The translations under genes were made by a program, and so were the position numbers. Positions 52,662 through 62,208 of a stretch of DNA of 64,000 nt are shown here, piece after piece (position 1 is the first letter of the stretch; each line of letters opens with the position of its first letter). Source of the DNA: Deltaproteobacteria bacterium (GTDB taxonomy: Bacteria; Chloroflexota; Dehalococcoidia; Dehalococcoidales; BS750m-G39); NCBI GenBank assembly GCA_030603275.1, contig JAUVYB010000001.1, positions 125,839-189,838 of the forward strand, read 5' to 3'. Below the pieces are notes generated by a model that had not been told where the DNA came from, did no database searches, and was given only the letters and a program-made list of their open reading frames with translations.

Positions 52662-53477
52662 TTATTTCTTGGGGGCTTTTATTGAGCCCAGTCTGCTTTC
52701 TTCTACTCCTTTTTTACCCTTTAGCTTAAACGTCCAGTAATCCCGGTAAGAAATCTTCTCGTTGGGGCGTCCGAAATGCAGCTCTGTCAGTGCCCCGGCG
52801 ACCTTCATAATCTCCGGCGCCATTTCCTGCATGCCCAAGCCCCTTAGATGTAGCGGCAGCTCCTTCCGCTCTTCGGGTTCCATGGCTAGTAGGTCGCAAA
52901 TTGCCTCGGCTGCCCAGCGCGCACCCTGAACCGGCGGCGTCTGGTCACGCCCGCCCTCGAACTCTTCCGCAATCATGGCGCACTTATTAGGCTGATACAT
53001 AATAAAAAGCTCCTCATTTATCCTGGCGTCAGGATCAAGGAGGTCAAAAGCCCGCTGGACCCGATTATAGCGCAATCTAAGACAATCGCTGGCGCCGTAT
53101 GTCTCCTCAAATCTATCGAATATGTATGTCACGGCAGGAACACATGAGGCGTAATTGAGATTGCCGTTTTTCGATAGTTCCTCGGTGGTAACACCGACCA
53201 CGTAACTTATCAGAAATGTAGAAGCGGTAATAGCCCCGCAGGTGCCGACTCCTGACATGGCGACACCGCCATGAAGCCCGATAAATCCTGAGGTTAGCGC
53301 TTTTTGTGTTTCAATTGGAAATAGCTCTACACCTTCAGCCCTGAAGGCCTCGGCTATTCCCTCGAAAATACCCGGGGCGCAGGCCATGTATTTTGCTCCA
53401 AAGTCACAGGCGAGGTGACCTGCTGTATCTATTATTCGCTTCCTCTGTACATCGTCAAATTTGACTTTCTTTATCAT
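52662..53477 (-). CDS. C_GCAxxG_C_C family putative redox-active protein
   Basis: ACA, GLHGGV...GTCGA, GASDC, KC motifs. Confidence 0.8.
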   Translation of the reverse strand: MIKKVKFDDVQRKRIIDTAGHLACDFGAKYMACAPGIFEGIAEAFRAEGVELFPIETQKALTSGFIGLHGGVAMSGVGTCGAITASTFLISYVVGVTTEELSKNGNLNYASCVPAVTYIFDRFEETYGASDCLRLRYNRVQRAFDLLDPDARINEELFIMYQPNKCAMIAEEFEGGRDQTPPVQGARWAAEAICDLLAMEPEERKELPLHLRGLGMQEMAPEIMKVAGALTELHFGRPNEKISYRDYWTFKLKGKKGVEESRLGSIKAPKK

Positions 53478-53916
53478 CTTTGCCTCCCTTGGTGTCTTCG
53501 TGTTTCAGACTATACCAGATTACCCTGTCACATTACGACGGTTATCACCTCCTATCCAAGATTTTACCTGCTAAAACTCCCGTGCAGCCTTTTTACCTCA
53601 AGCCGGTTTGTCCGGCTTTGCCGGACAGGACATGAAAGCCTTAAGTCACCGGCGGCCATTTTTTCAAAAAATCCTGGAATTTTTGTGGTGGGACATCTTT
53701 TTGATAGCTGCTTCCCTCGAGAGTGTAAAGTTTAATTTCTACCTACAAGCGACTGTTTATTGCGAATTTGGCCAGTTAGATGCAATATAGCCCTATCTTT
53801 TCTAATTAACAACGACCTATTGACCGTGTCCTAAAGTTCATCCCCGGTCAGGAGACGGGGTATTTCAGTTGCTAGCGACCCACACTTATGCTAAAATCAT
53901 CGTCACGAGGTGAGAT

Positions 53917-54624
53917 GTGGTTGGAGTGACATCAGAATTTAGTTCAAAACACTACAAATCCAATAAGATCAGAATAATGCTGGCTGACGACCACCCCTTG
54001 CTGCGCCAGGCGCTGAGGGATGTCCTGGAAAAACAGCCTGATCTTGAAGTTATTGCCGAAGCCAGCGATGGTGAAGAAGCAGTCAAACTGGCCACCGAGC
54101 TGAATCCCGACGTCGTGATTATGGATATAAGTATGCCTGAGCTCAACGGGCTGGAGGCAACTAAACAAATCAAAGCGAACTGTCCGGCGATAGCCGTATT
54201 GGTACTGACTGTCCACAGCGATAGTGAGCACATACTTAGCATACTCCAGGCTGGTGCCGGCGGCTATCTGACCAAAAGCGTATACGGCGATGAAGTCATT
54301 TATGCCATACGTTCTCTGGTCTGCGGAGAAACGGTGCTGTCTCCCGCGGTTTCACAACAAATTTTCAAATATGCCTTTCAACATATCATCAAACCTAAAG
54401 GCTTGGATGCGGGGGATAAACTTTCTTCCAGGGAACTGGAGGTGCTCAGTCTAGCTGCCAAAGGCACATCCAACAAAGATATCGCCCTAAAGCTTGGCCT
54501 GAGCCTGCGTACGGTGAAGAGTTATTTAGCAAACCTTTTCCTGAAATTGAATGTAGCTTCACGTACCGAAGCCGTCATCGTCGGCTTGCGGAAAGGTATT
54601 CTCACTCTCGGTGACCTTGATTAA
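53917..54624 (+). CDS. NarL/LuxR family response regulator
   Basis: ADDH, MDISMP receiver; LSSRELEVL...SLRTVK HTH; start uncertain. Confidence 0.93.
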   Translation: MVGVTSEFSSKHYKSNKIRIMLADDHPLLRQALRDVLEKQPDLEVIAEASDGEEAVKLATELNPDVVIMDISMPELNGLEATKQIKANCPAIAVLVLTVHSDSEHILSILQAGAGGYLTKSVYGDEVIYAIRSLVCGETVLSPAVSQQIFKYAFQHIIKPKGLDAGDKLSSRELEVLSLAAKGTSNKDIALKLGLSLRTVKSYLANLFLKLNVASRTEAVIVGLRKGILTLGDLD

Positions 54625-54626
54625 GA

Positions 54627-55745
54627 ATGGCTATCAGAGCGGCTATCGAAAAGCGAATGCTAGGCATTTTCCCATTAAAAACTAAGAGAAGAATTGTCAA
54701 TAATCCTCATTTCTGGGCGATCACCGTTATTACCCTGGTTCTAATATTTCTCTATCAGGCCTGGCCCTGGAGGGAATCTAATGTAGGGCCATGGTTCCCC
54801 TGGCTTTCTTCATTGTACAACCTGGCAGTGATAGAGTTCGTGAATCATATTGTTGGTATCCTCTTTCTGATACCAATTATCTATGCGGCTATATTTTTCT
54901 CATGGCCAGGTGCTCTAGTTGCTTGTTTACTGTCGTTGGGGGGAATACTACCGATAATAGCAGATATGTGGCCTAATTATTACTTAATAACCAACATAGC
55001 TTTACTGCTACTGCCCTTTTTGCTTGTATCACTAGCTACTTTTGAGCTAGAGTGGCGTCGTAAAGAGAGGAAAATTTTCGCTGAACGAGAGACGGAACGT
55101 CAGGTATACATATCAAAAATACTCGAGTCCCAAGAGAATGAACGGCTACGCATTGCTCAAGAGCTCCATGACGATACCATACAGACATTGCTGGTCATAG
55201 CTAATCGCGCTGAAACTTTGATTCCTGCTGGTGATGATATGAGGGAAGTGAGGAGAAATGCAGAGTGGATTAAAGCCACAACTCTTGAAACAGTTGAAGA
55301 TCTACGGAGGATAAGTCTTGACTTAAGACCAAGCATACTAGGCGACCTGGGGCTGGTACCTGCATTGAGATGGTTAGTGGACCATGCGAATAAGGAGTCT
55401 GGTATTAATACCCGGATTCTTGTAAGTGGTGAAAAGCGCAAGCTATCCCCCGAAGCCGAAGTTACTATATTCCGCGTAACACAAGAGGCTTTAAACAATA
55501 TCAAGCGACATTCCAGAGCTACAGAGGCAGTCGTTACCTTAGAATTCACCCCAGAGTGCCTCAAGATATCGATAGAGGATAATGGTCAAGGTTTTCGTCC
55601 ACCCAAAAAATTTGATAGGCTTGCTTCCAGGGGTAAGCTGGGACTAATTGGCATGTACCAGAGAATAGATTTTCTTGGTGGAACATTCAAAATCCATTCC
55701 AAGCCTGGTGAAGGGACCTTGCTCCTGATTGAGGCAAGGTGTTAG
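54627..55745 (+). CDS. membrane sensor histidine kinase (HisKA_3)
   Basis: ERLRIAQELHD, QEALNNIKRH, DNGQGF, GLIGM. Confidence 0.93.
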   Translation: MAIRAAIEKRMLGIFPLKTKRRIVNNPHFWAITVITLVLIFLYQAWPWRESNVGPWFPWLSSLYNLAVIEFVNHIVGILFLIPIIYAAIFFSWPGALVACLLSLGGILPIIADMWPNYYLITNIALLLLPFLLVSLATFELEWRRKERKIFAERETERQVYISKILESQENERLRIAQELHDDTIQTLLVIANRAETLIPAGDDMREVRRNAEWIKATTLETVEDLRRISLDLRPSILGDLGLVPALRWLVDHANKESGINTRILVSGEKRKLSPEAEVTIFRVTQEALNNIKRHSRATEAVVTLEFTPECLKISIEDNGQGFRPPKKFDRLASRGKLGLIGMYQRIDFLGGTFKIHSKPGEGTLLLIEARC

Positions 55746-55960
55746 TTTACCAGCAATCATTTCGATTCACTGGGAATAAATCAACTCCGCCTTATTGCCA
55801 AGCCGAAGTACAGGGTATTATGGACTCTATACGCAGGACCCGAATTTACCGTTCCCTGTTACAATTAACTACTAGGCGCTAAAGGTGAGCCGCTCCGGTC
55901 CTTATGAGATTGCACAATCCGCTATTTTGTGTGATTGATAAGGTAACAGAGCAAGCAACT

Positions 55961-56004
55961 GTTACACAATTGCCTCTTTTGTGACCTAAGCAACAAAACA
56001 AGCT
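55961..56004 (+). repeat. 44-bp direct repeat, copy 2
   Basis: GTTACACAATTGCCTCTTTTGTGACCTAAGCAACAAAACAAGCT. Confidence 0.85.
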
Positions 56005-56087
56005 ATTGTTAATTTTATTTGTGGCTTCTCTTAGCGACATCTAGGACATACCAATTTTTCGCCGGTAATCAGGACTGTCCGCCAAGT

Positions 56088-56116
56088 TTGACAAGCTCAG
56101 AAGTTTAGGATATCTT
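56088..56116 (+). promoter_or_regulatory. sigma70 promoter of the GAF kinase operon
   Basis: TTGACA-17 nt-TATCTT. Confidence 0.6.
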
Positions 56117-56163
56117 AAGTTACTCCTTACAGCTAATCCTGGGAAGGCTTTGAGACGGAGCAC

Positions 56164-57405
56164 ATGGAAACAAGCAGGTTAGGGCAGCAAGACCAGCCTG
56201 ATGAGGGAGAGCGGTATCAAGAGCTCCTCGCTTTGAGTCGAGTCTCAGCCGCCATCAGTGGTCTATGGGATTTGGACGCTGTCCTCAAGGTAGCCCTTGA
56301 TAATATCCTCAAAATCATGAAGGGAACTATTGGAGGCATCCTTCTTGCCGATGAACAGACCCAAACGTTATCCTATCATATCCATCAGGGTTTGAGTGAC
56401 AGGTATGTTGAGAAGATGCGCCTCAACCTGGGTGAAGGCATTGCTGGAAGAGTAGCTCAGAGCGGCAAGGCGATTCTGCTGGAGGATATCTCTATTGACT
56501 CTCGTGTGGCCCACCCAAACCTGGTAAGCGCCGAGGGTTTAAAGGCTTTCATCTGTGTCCCCATCAGGGCCAAAGACAACGTTCTAGGGGTGATTAACGT
56601 TGCCAGCCGCAGGGCACACCGCTTCAGCAGTAAGGATTTACATCTATTGCACTCTATTGGTGACCAGCTTGGTGTTGCTATTCAGCAGGCAAGACTGTAC
56701 GAACGACTGCGAAAGGCACGAGAAAGATACCGCAAGCTCACCCGACAGATTCTGGTCGCTCAAGAAGACGAGCGGAAGAGACTGGCTCGCGAGCTACATG
56801 ATGAAACCAGCCAGACACTTTCAGGACTTACGCTTCAGTTACAGGCACTGGTGGGTATGGTCGAGAAGTCCAGCGGTGACACCGAGTTGATCGCCAGATT
56901 GAAAAAGGTTCAATCTCTGGCCGTCCAGGTACACACCGAGGTAAGAAGGTTAATGACCGACTTGCGCCCTTCGTTGTTAGATACACTGGGGCTGGTTCCA
57001 GCCATTCGTCAGCTGGCTGATACCAGACTCCGCCCCTTAAACATCAATGTATCCGTGGAAACTACAGGTACTGAAAGACGTTTGGATCCAGAAGCCGAAA
57101 CTGGGCTCTTCCGGGTTGCCCAGGGCTCCATAGGCAACATCATTGAGCACTCAAAGGCGAAGAACGTTACCATCGCCGTGGAATATCGTGATAGTGAACT
57201 GGTGCTGCGTATTACTGATGATGGCCAGGGGTTTGATGTTGCAGATATCACCGATGTTGAGGAGAGCGGGCGCGGACGGGGTCTATTCAGTATGAGAGAG
57301 AGGGTCATGCTCCTGGGCGGTACCGCCTCTGTTGAATCAAAGATTGGCCAGGGAACCACGGTCTGGGCCAGCGTGCCGATAGGTCACGGTGAGGAACATG
57401 AGTAA
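56164..57405 (+). CDS. cytoplasmic GAF-domain histidine kinase (HisKA_3)
   Basis: GEGIAGRVA GAF, ERKRLARELHDE, DDGQGF. Confidence 0.92.
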   Translation: METSRLGQQDQPDEGERYQELLALSRVSAAISGLWDLDAVLKVALDNILKIMKGTIGGILLADEQTQTLSYHIHQGLSDRYVEKMRLNLGEGIAGRVAQSGKAILLEDISIDSRVAHPNLVSAEGLKAFICVPIRAKDNVLGVINVASRRAHRFSSKDLHLLHSIGDQLGVAIQQARLYERLRKARERYRKLTRQILVAQEDERKRLARELHDETSQTLSGLTLQLQALVGMVEKSSGDTELIARLKKVQSLAVQVHTEVRRLMTDLRPSLLDTLGLVPAIRQLADTRLRPLNINVSVETTGTERRLDPEAETGLFRVAQGSIGNIIEHSKAKNVTIAVEYRDSELVLRITDDGQGFDVADITDVEESGRGRGLFSMRERVMLLGGTASVESKIGQGTTVWASVPIGHGEEHE

Positions 57406-58051
57406 GATAAGGGTACTGGTTGTTGATGACCACCCTATCGTGAGGGAGGGGATCTGCGCTCTACTGGCCGTCGTCGGTGATATAGAAGTAGTCGCCGAGG
57501 CGGCTAATGGCAGCGAAGCAATAGATACGGTCAGAGAGCTACAGCCGGATGTCGTGCTTATGGATATTGCCATGCCTATCATGGGAGGACTGGAAGCTAC
57601 CCGCCGCATATGCCGCGAATTTCCAAAAACAAAAGTGCTAATCCTGACCCAGTATGACGATAAAGAATACGTACTCCCGGTAATTGAAGCCGGTGCCTCC
57701 GGCTTCGTCAGCAAGGCATCGGCATCCTCAGAGCTTATTGCCGGCATCCGCTCCATCTACCGCGGAGATTCATACCTCTCTCCCCCGGCGGCCAAGTTAC
57801 TTGTCGAAGGTTATCGTTACAAGATCGGCAGCCGGGTTGGTAAAGACCCCTATGACCAATTGACCGACCGGGAGCGGGATGTATTAAAACTGATGGCAGA
57901 CGGGCATACCAACCAGGAAATAGCCGATATTCTGGTCATCAGCCGCAAAACCGTCGAGGGCCATAAGACAAACCTCATGGCCAAGCTTGATATCCACAAC
58001 CGTACTGAACTAGTCAAATATGCCTTGCGCAAAGGTATCATAACCGTTTGA
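57398..58051 (+). CDS. NarL/LuxR family response regulator
   Basis: VDDH, MDIAMP, LTDRERDVL...TVEGHK. Confidence 0.94.
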   Translation: MSKIRVLVVDDHPIVREGICALLAVVGDIEVVAEAANGSEAIDTVRELQPDVVLMDIAMPIMGGLEATRRICREFPKTKVLILTQYDDKEYVLPVIEAGASGFVSKASASSELIAGIRSIYRGDSYLSPPAAKLLVEGYRYKIGSRVGKDPYDQLTDRERDVLKLMADGHTNQEIADILVISRKTVEGHKTNLMAKLDIHNRTELVKYALRKGIITV

Positions 58052-58226
58052 AGTACGGAATAAACAGGGGTAAATCCTGGGAAATTTAGGTTTTTTTCAC
58101 CCTGCCTATCAAGGAAAAACCCTCTTCCCCATCCGCAGCCTTTGGTTTATTGTTAAGGTTATTAACAAACCTCCGACCGTAAACGCAAATTCGGCAGTAC
58201 GGCAGTGATGGAGGAAGGAGGCTGCG

Positions 58227-59012
58227 ATGGAACACGGTCATAGAATTCTGATTGTGGATGATGACCCCGATTTCACCCAGGCCCTGCAGGCAGCTTTAGA
58301 GGCTAAATCATGCTCGGTAGTTACCGCCTCTGAGCAGCGCCAGGCTGAAGACATGGTTCGCTCTCATGAGCCCGAGCTGGTGGTACTGGGCACAATTATG
58401 CCTCGCGGAGACGCTTTTCTGCTTCACCAGTGGCTAAAACAGTCGCTTGGATTCAGCAACCTGCCTATTATAGTGGTTAATACGCCGCCGGAGAAACAGC
58501 ATCTCAAGGGATGGAGGAGGGAGGAAGGCATGCAATGTGATGTTGAGGACTTCCTGTCCAGACCTATTGAGCTAACCGTGCTGGTGCCTCGTATCGAGAA
58601 GCTGCTGGATAGGGTAACCAGAAAGATCAGGGTGTTAGTGGTAGATGACCATGCCGTGGTCAGGGATGGCATTCGAGCCGTACTCGCCCTGCAGCATGAT
58701 ATGCAGGTGGTGGGCGAAGCCGCCAACGGAAGGGAGGCGATAGATAAAACCGGCCAGTTTTTACCCGACGTGGTGCTCATGGACATAGTCATGCCGGAGA
58801 TGAACGGCCTGGAGGCCACCAAGGAGATATGCCAGCAGTATCAACAAGCCAGGGTCTTGATGCTGACGCAGTATGACGATGAGGAAAATGTCCTGGCCAG
58901 CCAGCAGGTAGGCGCACTGGGCTTTATTCCCAAAACAGTGGTCAGTTCCCAGCTACTGAATGGAATAAGGTCGGTGTATGAAGGCAAGAAATTTATCTGC
59001 GCCGTTAATTAA
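58227..59012 (+). CDS. tandem receiver-domain protein
   Basis: Two REC domains, no output domain; the first lacks the phospho-Asp (VVLGTIMP). Confidence 0.85.
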   Translation: MEHGHRILIVDDDPDFTQALQAALEAKSCSVVTASEQRQAEDMVRSHEPELVVLGTIMPRGDAFLLHQWLKQSLGFSNLPIIVVNTPPEKQHLKGWRREEGMQCDVEDFLSRPIELTVLVPRIEKLLDRVTRKIRVLVVDDHAVVRDGIRAVLALQHDMQVVGEAANGREAIDKTGQFLPDVVLMDIVMPEMNGLEATKEICQQYQQARVLMLTQYDDEENVLASQQVGALGFIPKTVVSSQLLNGIRSVYEGKKFICAVN

Positions 59013-59038
59013 TAGATGACCCCTAAAAGGAGCCACCC

Positions 59039-61723
59039 TTGGAAACAGTTACCATTACGCTTGATGGTGTGGAGGTAAGCGGCTATTCCGGGATGACCAT
59101 CTTGGACCTCGCCCGGGAATCGGGGGTGGATATTCCCACCCTGTGTCATGACCGTTATCTGGCCCCTACCGGTGCCTGCCGGCTCTGTATTGTAGAAGAC
59201 GAAAGCTCAGAAGCCTTGCTTGCCTCCTGCGTTGCTCCAATAAGACCGGGGATGGTGATAAATACCCAGTCGCCGCGGGTAATGGAGCGCCGGAGATTGC
59301 TCGTTCAGCTCATGCTCGCCAGCCATCCCGACTCGTGCCTGGTATGCGATAAGGGTAACCAGTGTCAACTGAGAAAGCTGGGTGCCGAGATGGGCATCGG
59401 ACTGGTGGAATTACAGAAAATCCCACGACTGGCGGCCATCCAGGAGGTGAACCCCTTCATTGAAAGGGACCTGTCCAGGTGTATCCTGTGCGCCAAGTGT
59501 ATCCGGGCCGACCAGGAGCTCGTTGTCGAGGGTGCCATCGATTATGTCGGTCGTGGCTTTGCTACTAAACCAGCCACATTAAATGATATGCCGCTGGAGA
59601 ACTCCGAGTGTACCTTCTGTGGAACCTGTGTGGCCCATTGCCCCACCGGTGCCCTGATGGAAAAGGAGAAGTCATACCGTGGGACGGCCACCAAAACGGT
59701 CGATACCGTGTGTCCGTTCTGCGGCTGTGGCTGTATCCTTCACCTGGAGGTAAAGGATAATCAAATAGTCAGAGTCAAACCAGGCGAAAGCCCGGTTAAC
59801 CACGGCACGCTTTGCGTCAGGGGTTGTTACGGCTACGATTTCATACAGAGCCCGGAGAGGTTGACCAGCCCCTTAATCAAGGTAGACGGCGAGTTTCAAA
59901 AAGCGCCCTGGGAAGAGGCTATCAGCCGGGTAGCCGCTGAATTTAAAAGATTGAAGCAAGAGCATGGCGCCGACAGCCTGGCCGTACTGGGTTCCTCTAA
60001 ATGTACCAATGAAGAGAACTACCTGCTACAGAGGTTGGCCCGGGTGGCCTTAGGCACCAACAACATCGATAATGGCAGTCGGCTGTATAGCGCTACCAGC
60101 CGGGTTGGTCTGGGGCAGTCTATCGGTTTTCCGGGCACAACCAACTCCTTCGAAGAACTGGAGAAATCAGAGGTAATAATGGTTATCGGCGCCAACCCGG
60201 TTGTCTCAGCCCCGGCGGTAGGTTATGGCATAAAACGCGCCGCCAAATATAACGGCGCCAAGCTGCTACTGGTTGACGTCCGTCCAACCAAGCTTAATCC
60301 TTTCGCTCACATCTGGCTGAAACCTAAAGTCGGCACAGATGTAGTCCTGCTAAACGGCCTGGCCAGGGTGATCATTGAGGAAAGACTGTTTGACGAGGAA
60401 TTCGTCACCCGCGAAACGGATAACTTCGATGAGCTGTCTGACAGTTTAAAGCCGTATACCCTGGAACGAGTGGAAAAGGTAACCGGTATCCCCAGGCAGG
60501 ATGTGCAACGGGCGGCTCGCACCTTTGCCCAAGCCGAGTGGGCATCTATTGTTTACGGAAATGGGATTACCCAGTATGTTAACGGCGTAGACAGCGTGAT
60601 GGCTCTGGCTAACCTGGCCATGCTGACGGGGAATATCGAGCGGCGGGGAGGAGGCATCTTTGCCCTGCAACGGGAAAACAACGCCCAGGGTGCCTGTGAT
60701 ATGGGTAGTTTGCCCGACTTCCTGCCCGGATATCAGAGCCTGGATGATGCGCGGGCCAGGAGCGACTTTGAAAGGCGGTGGGGGAGCAGTCTGCCAGGCA
60801 ATGCCGGTCTATCGGCCCTGGAGATGATTGAGCAGGCTGAAGCAGGAAAGCTCAAAGGGATGTTCATCGTCGGCGAAAATCCTGCCTCCAGCTTCCCTCG
60901 CCCTTCTCTGGTTAGAAAGGCTCTGGCTTCCCTCGAATTTCTTGTGGTCGCTGACATGTTCCTGACCGAGACGGCCAGACTGGCCGACGTAGTCTTGCCC
61001 TCGGCCAGCTTCGCCGAAAAGGAGGGCACTGTCACCAACTTTGAAGGCAGGACTCAGTCAGTGAGAAAAGCCATTGAACCAATTGGTGAGTGCCTGCCGG
61101 ATTGGAAAATAATTCTCCAGCTGTCCAAAGAGATGGAGCAGCCAATGCCATACTCCTCTCCTCAAGAGGTCAGGAACGAGATTGAAGAGTTGCTCCCCTT
61201 TTATCAGCGCCCTGCCTCTGCCGACCTGGAAAAAGAGGATTTGGATTGGGCTGAACTGGAGAGTGATAGTGTGCGAACCAGGCGCCTGTACAAAGGCCCA
61301 TTCCCCAGCGGCTTTGGGCGCCTTTCCCCGGCCGAGTATACCCCGCCAGCCGATATATCCGGGGACGGTTACCCACTGACCCTGCTGTCTGGCTCTATAC
61401 TGCCCCACTTCGGCAGCGGCACCAGGAGTTTGCGGGCTTCACGGCTTAAAGAATTTTCACCACATTCCTGGGTAGAAGTCAGCCAGGATGACGCTAAACA
61501 CCTCGGCCTTGGCGATGGCGACCCGGTCAAGGTCGTCTCACCAGTAGGTGAATCGACTACCACGGTCAGGGTAACCGGCTCGTTGCCCTCCGGTCTGCTT
61601 TTCATGCCTATCTCGTTTCCGGATAGCCCGGTAAACGAACTGTTCGATATTAAATTAGACCCCAGGTCTAAGGCTCCTTTTCTCAAAAGCTGCACGGTAA
61701 GGGTGGAAAGGATTAAGCCATAA
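59039..61723 (+). CDS. formate dehydrogenase alpha-like / NuoG-like molybdopterin-family FeS protein (active site degenerate)
   Basis: N-terminal 2Fe-2S, HxxxCxxCx5C, ferredoxin motifs, CPFCGCGC, NNAQGACDMG, DMFLTETA; DNGSRLYS at the catalytic site. Confidence 0.9.
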   Translation: METVTITLDGVEVSGYSGMTILDLARESGVDIPTLCHDRYLAPTGACRLCIVEDESSEALLASCVAPIRPGMVINTQSPRVMERRRLLVQLMLASHPDSCLVCDKGNQCQLRKLGAEMGIGLVELQKIPRLAAIQEVNPFIERDLSRCILCAKCIRADQELVVEGAIDYVGRGFATKPATLNDMPLENSECTFCGTCVAHCPTGALMEKEKSYRGTATKTVDTVCPFCGCGCILHLEVKDNQIVRVKPGESPVNHGTLCVRGCYGYDFIQSPERLTSPLIKVDGEFQKAPWEEAISRVAAEFKRLKQEHGADSLAVLGSSKCTNEENYLLQRLARVALGTNNIDNGSRLYSATSRVGLGQSIGFPGTTNSFEELEKSEVIMVIGANPVVSAPAVGYGIKRAAKYNGAKLLLVDVRPTKLNPFAHIWLKPKVGTDVVLLNGLARVIIEERLFDEEFVTRETDNFDELSDSLKPYTLERVEKVTGIPRQDVQRAARTFAQAEWASIVYGNGITQYVNGVDSVMALANLAMLTGNIERRGGGIFALQRENNAQGACDMGSLPDFLPGYQSLDDARARSDFERRWGSSLPGNAGLSALEMIEQAEAGKLKGMFIVGENPASSFPRPSLVRKALASLEFLVVADMFLTETARLADVVLPSASFAEKEGTVTNFEGRTQSVRKAIEPIGECLPDWKIILQLSKEMEQPMPYSSPQEVRNEIEELLPFYQRPASADLEKEDLDWAELESDSVRTRRLYKGPFPSGFGRLSPAEYTPPADISGDGYPLTLLSGSILPHFGSGTRSLRASRLKEFSPHSWVEVSQDDAKHLGLGDGDPVKVVSPVGESTTTVRVTGSLPSGLLFMPISFPDSPVNELFDIKLDPRSKAPFLKSCTVRVERIKP

Positions 61724-62208
61724 TGACCAGAACCAAGAAAACTACCAAATCTGACCTGAAGAAAATAGACGCTATTATTGGCAATTATCGGGGGCAAAGG
61801 TGGGGGCTTATACCGCTGCTGCATGATGTCCAGATGGCGGTGGGCTATATCCCCCCCCAGGCAATACCGAGCATCGCCATCGGCCTGGGCCTGTTTCCCA
61901 GTCAGGTACAGGGGGTAATCTCCTTTTATACCCAGTTCTATACCGAGCCGCGGGGTAAGAATATCGTCAGGGTATGTCGGGGCACAGCCTGTCACGTGCG
62001 GGGTGGTAAAACAATACTGAAACTGGTAAAGCAAGAGCTGGGGCTTGAAGAGGGAGAGACCAGTCCCGATATGGAGTACACCCTGGAGACTGTGGCCTGC
62101 ATCGGTGTCTGCGCCCTGGCGCCCAATATCGTAATCAACCAGGACACGCACGGCAATTTGAACCCCAAGAAAGTAGCCAGATTGTTCGAGGGCAAGAAGA
62201 AAAAATGA
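61723..62208 (+). CDS. NuoE/HydC-like 2Fe-2S subunit
   Basis: CRGTACH, ACIGVCALAP. Confidence 0.93.
   Translation: MTRTKKTTKSDLKKIDAIIGNYRGQRWGLIPLLHDVQMAVGYIPPQAIPSIAIGLGLFPSQVQGVISFYTQFYTEPRGKNIVRVCRGTACHVRGGKTILKLVKQELGLEEGETSPDMEYTLETVACIGVCALAPNIVINQDTHGNLNPKKVARLFEGKKKK

Noticed and set aside
59039-61723. Selenocysteine recoding in the FdhA-like gene
   Set aside because: No in-frame TGA; the equivalent codon is TAT (Tyr)
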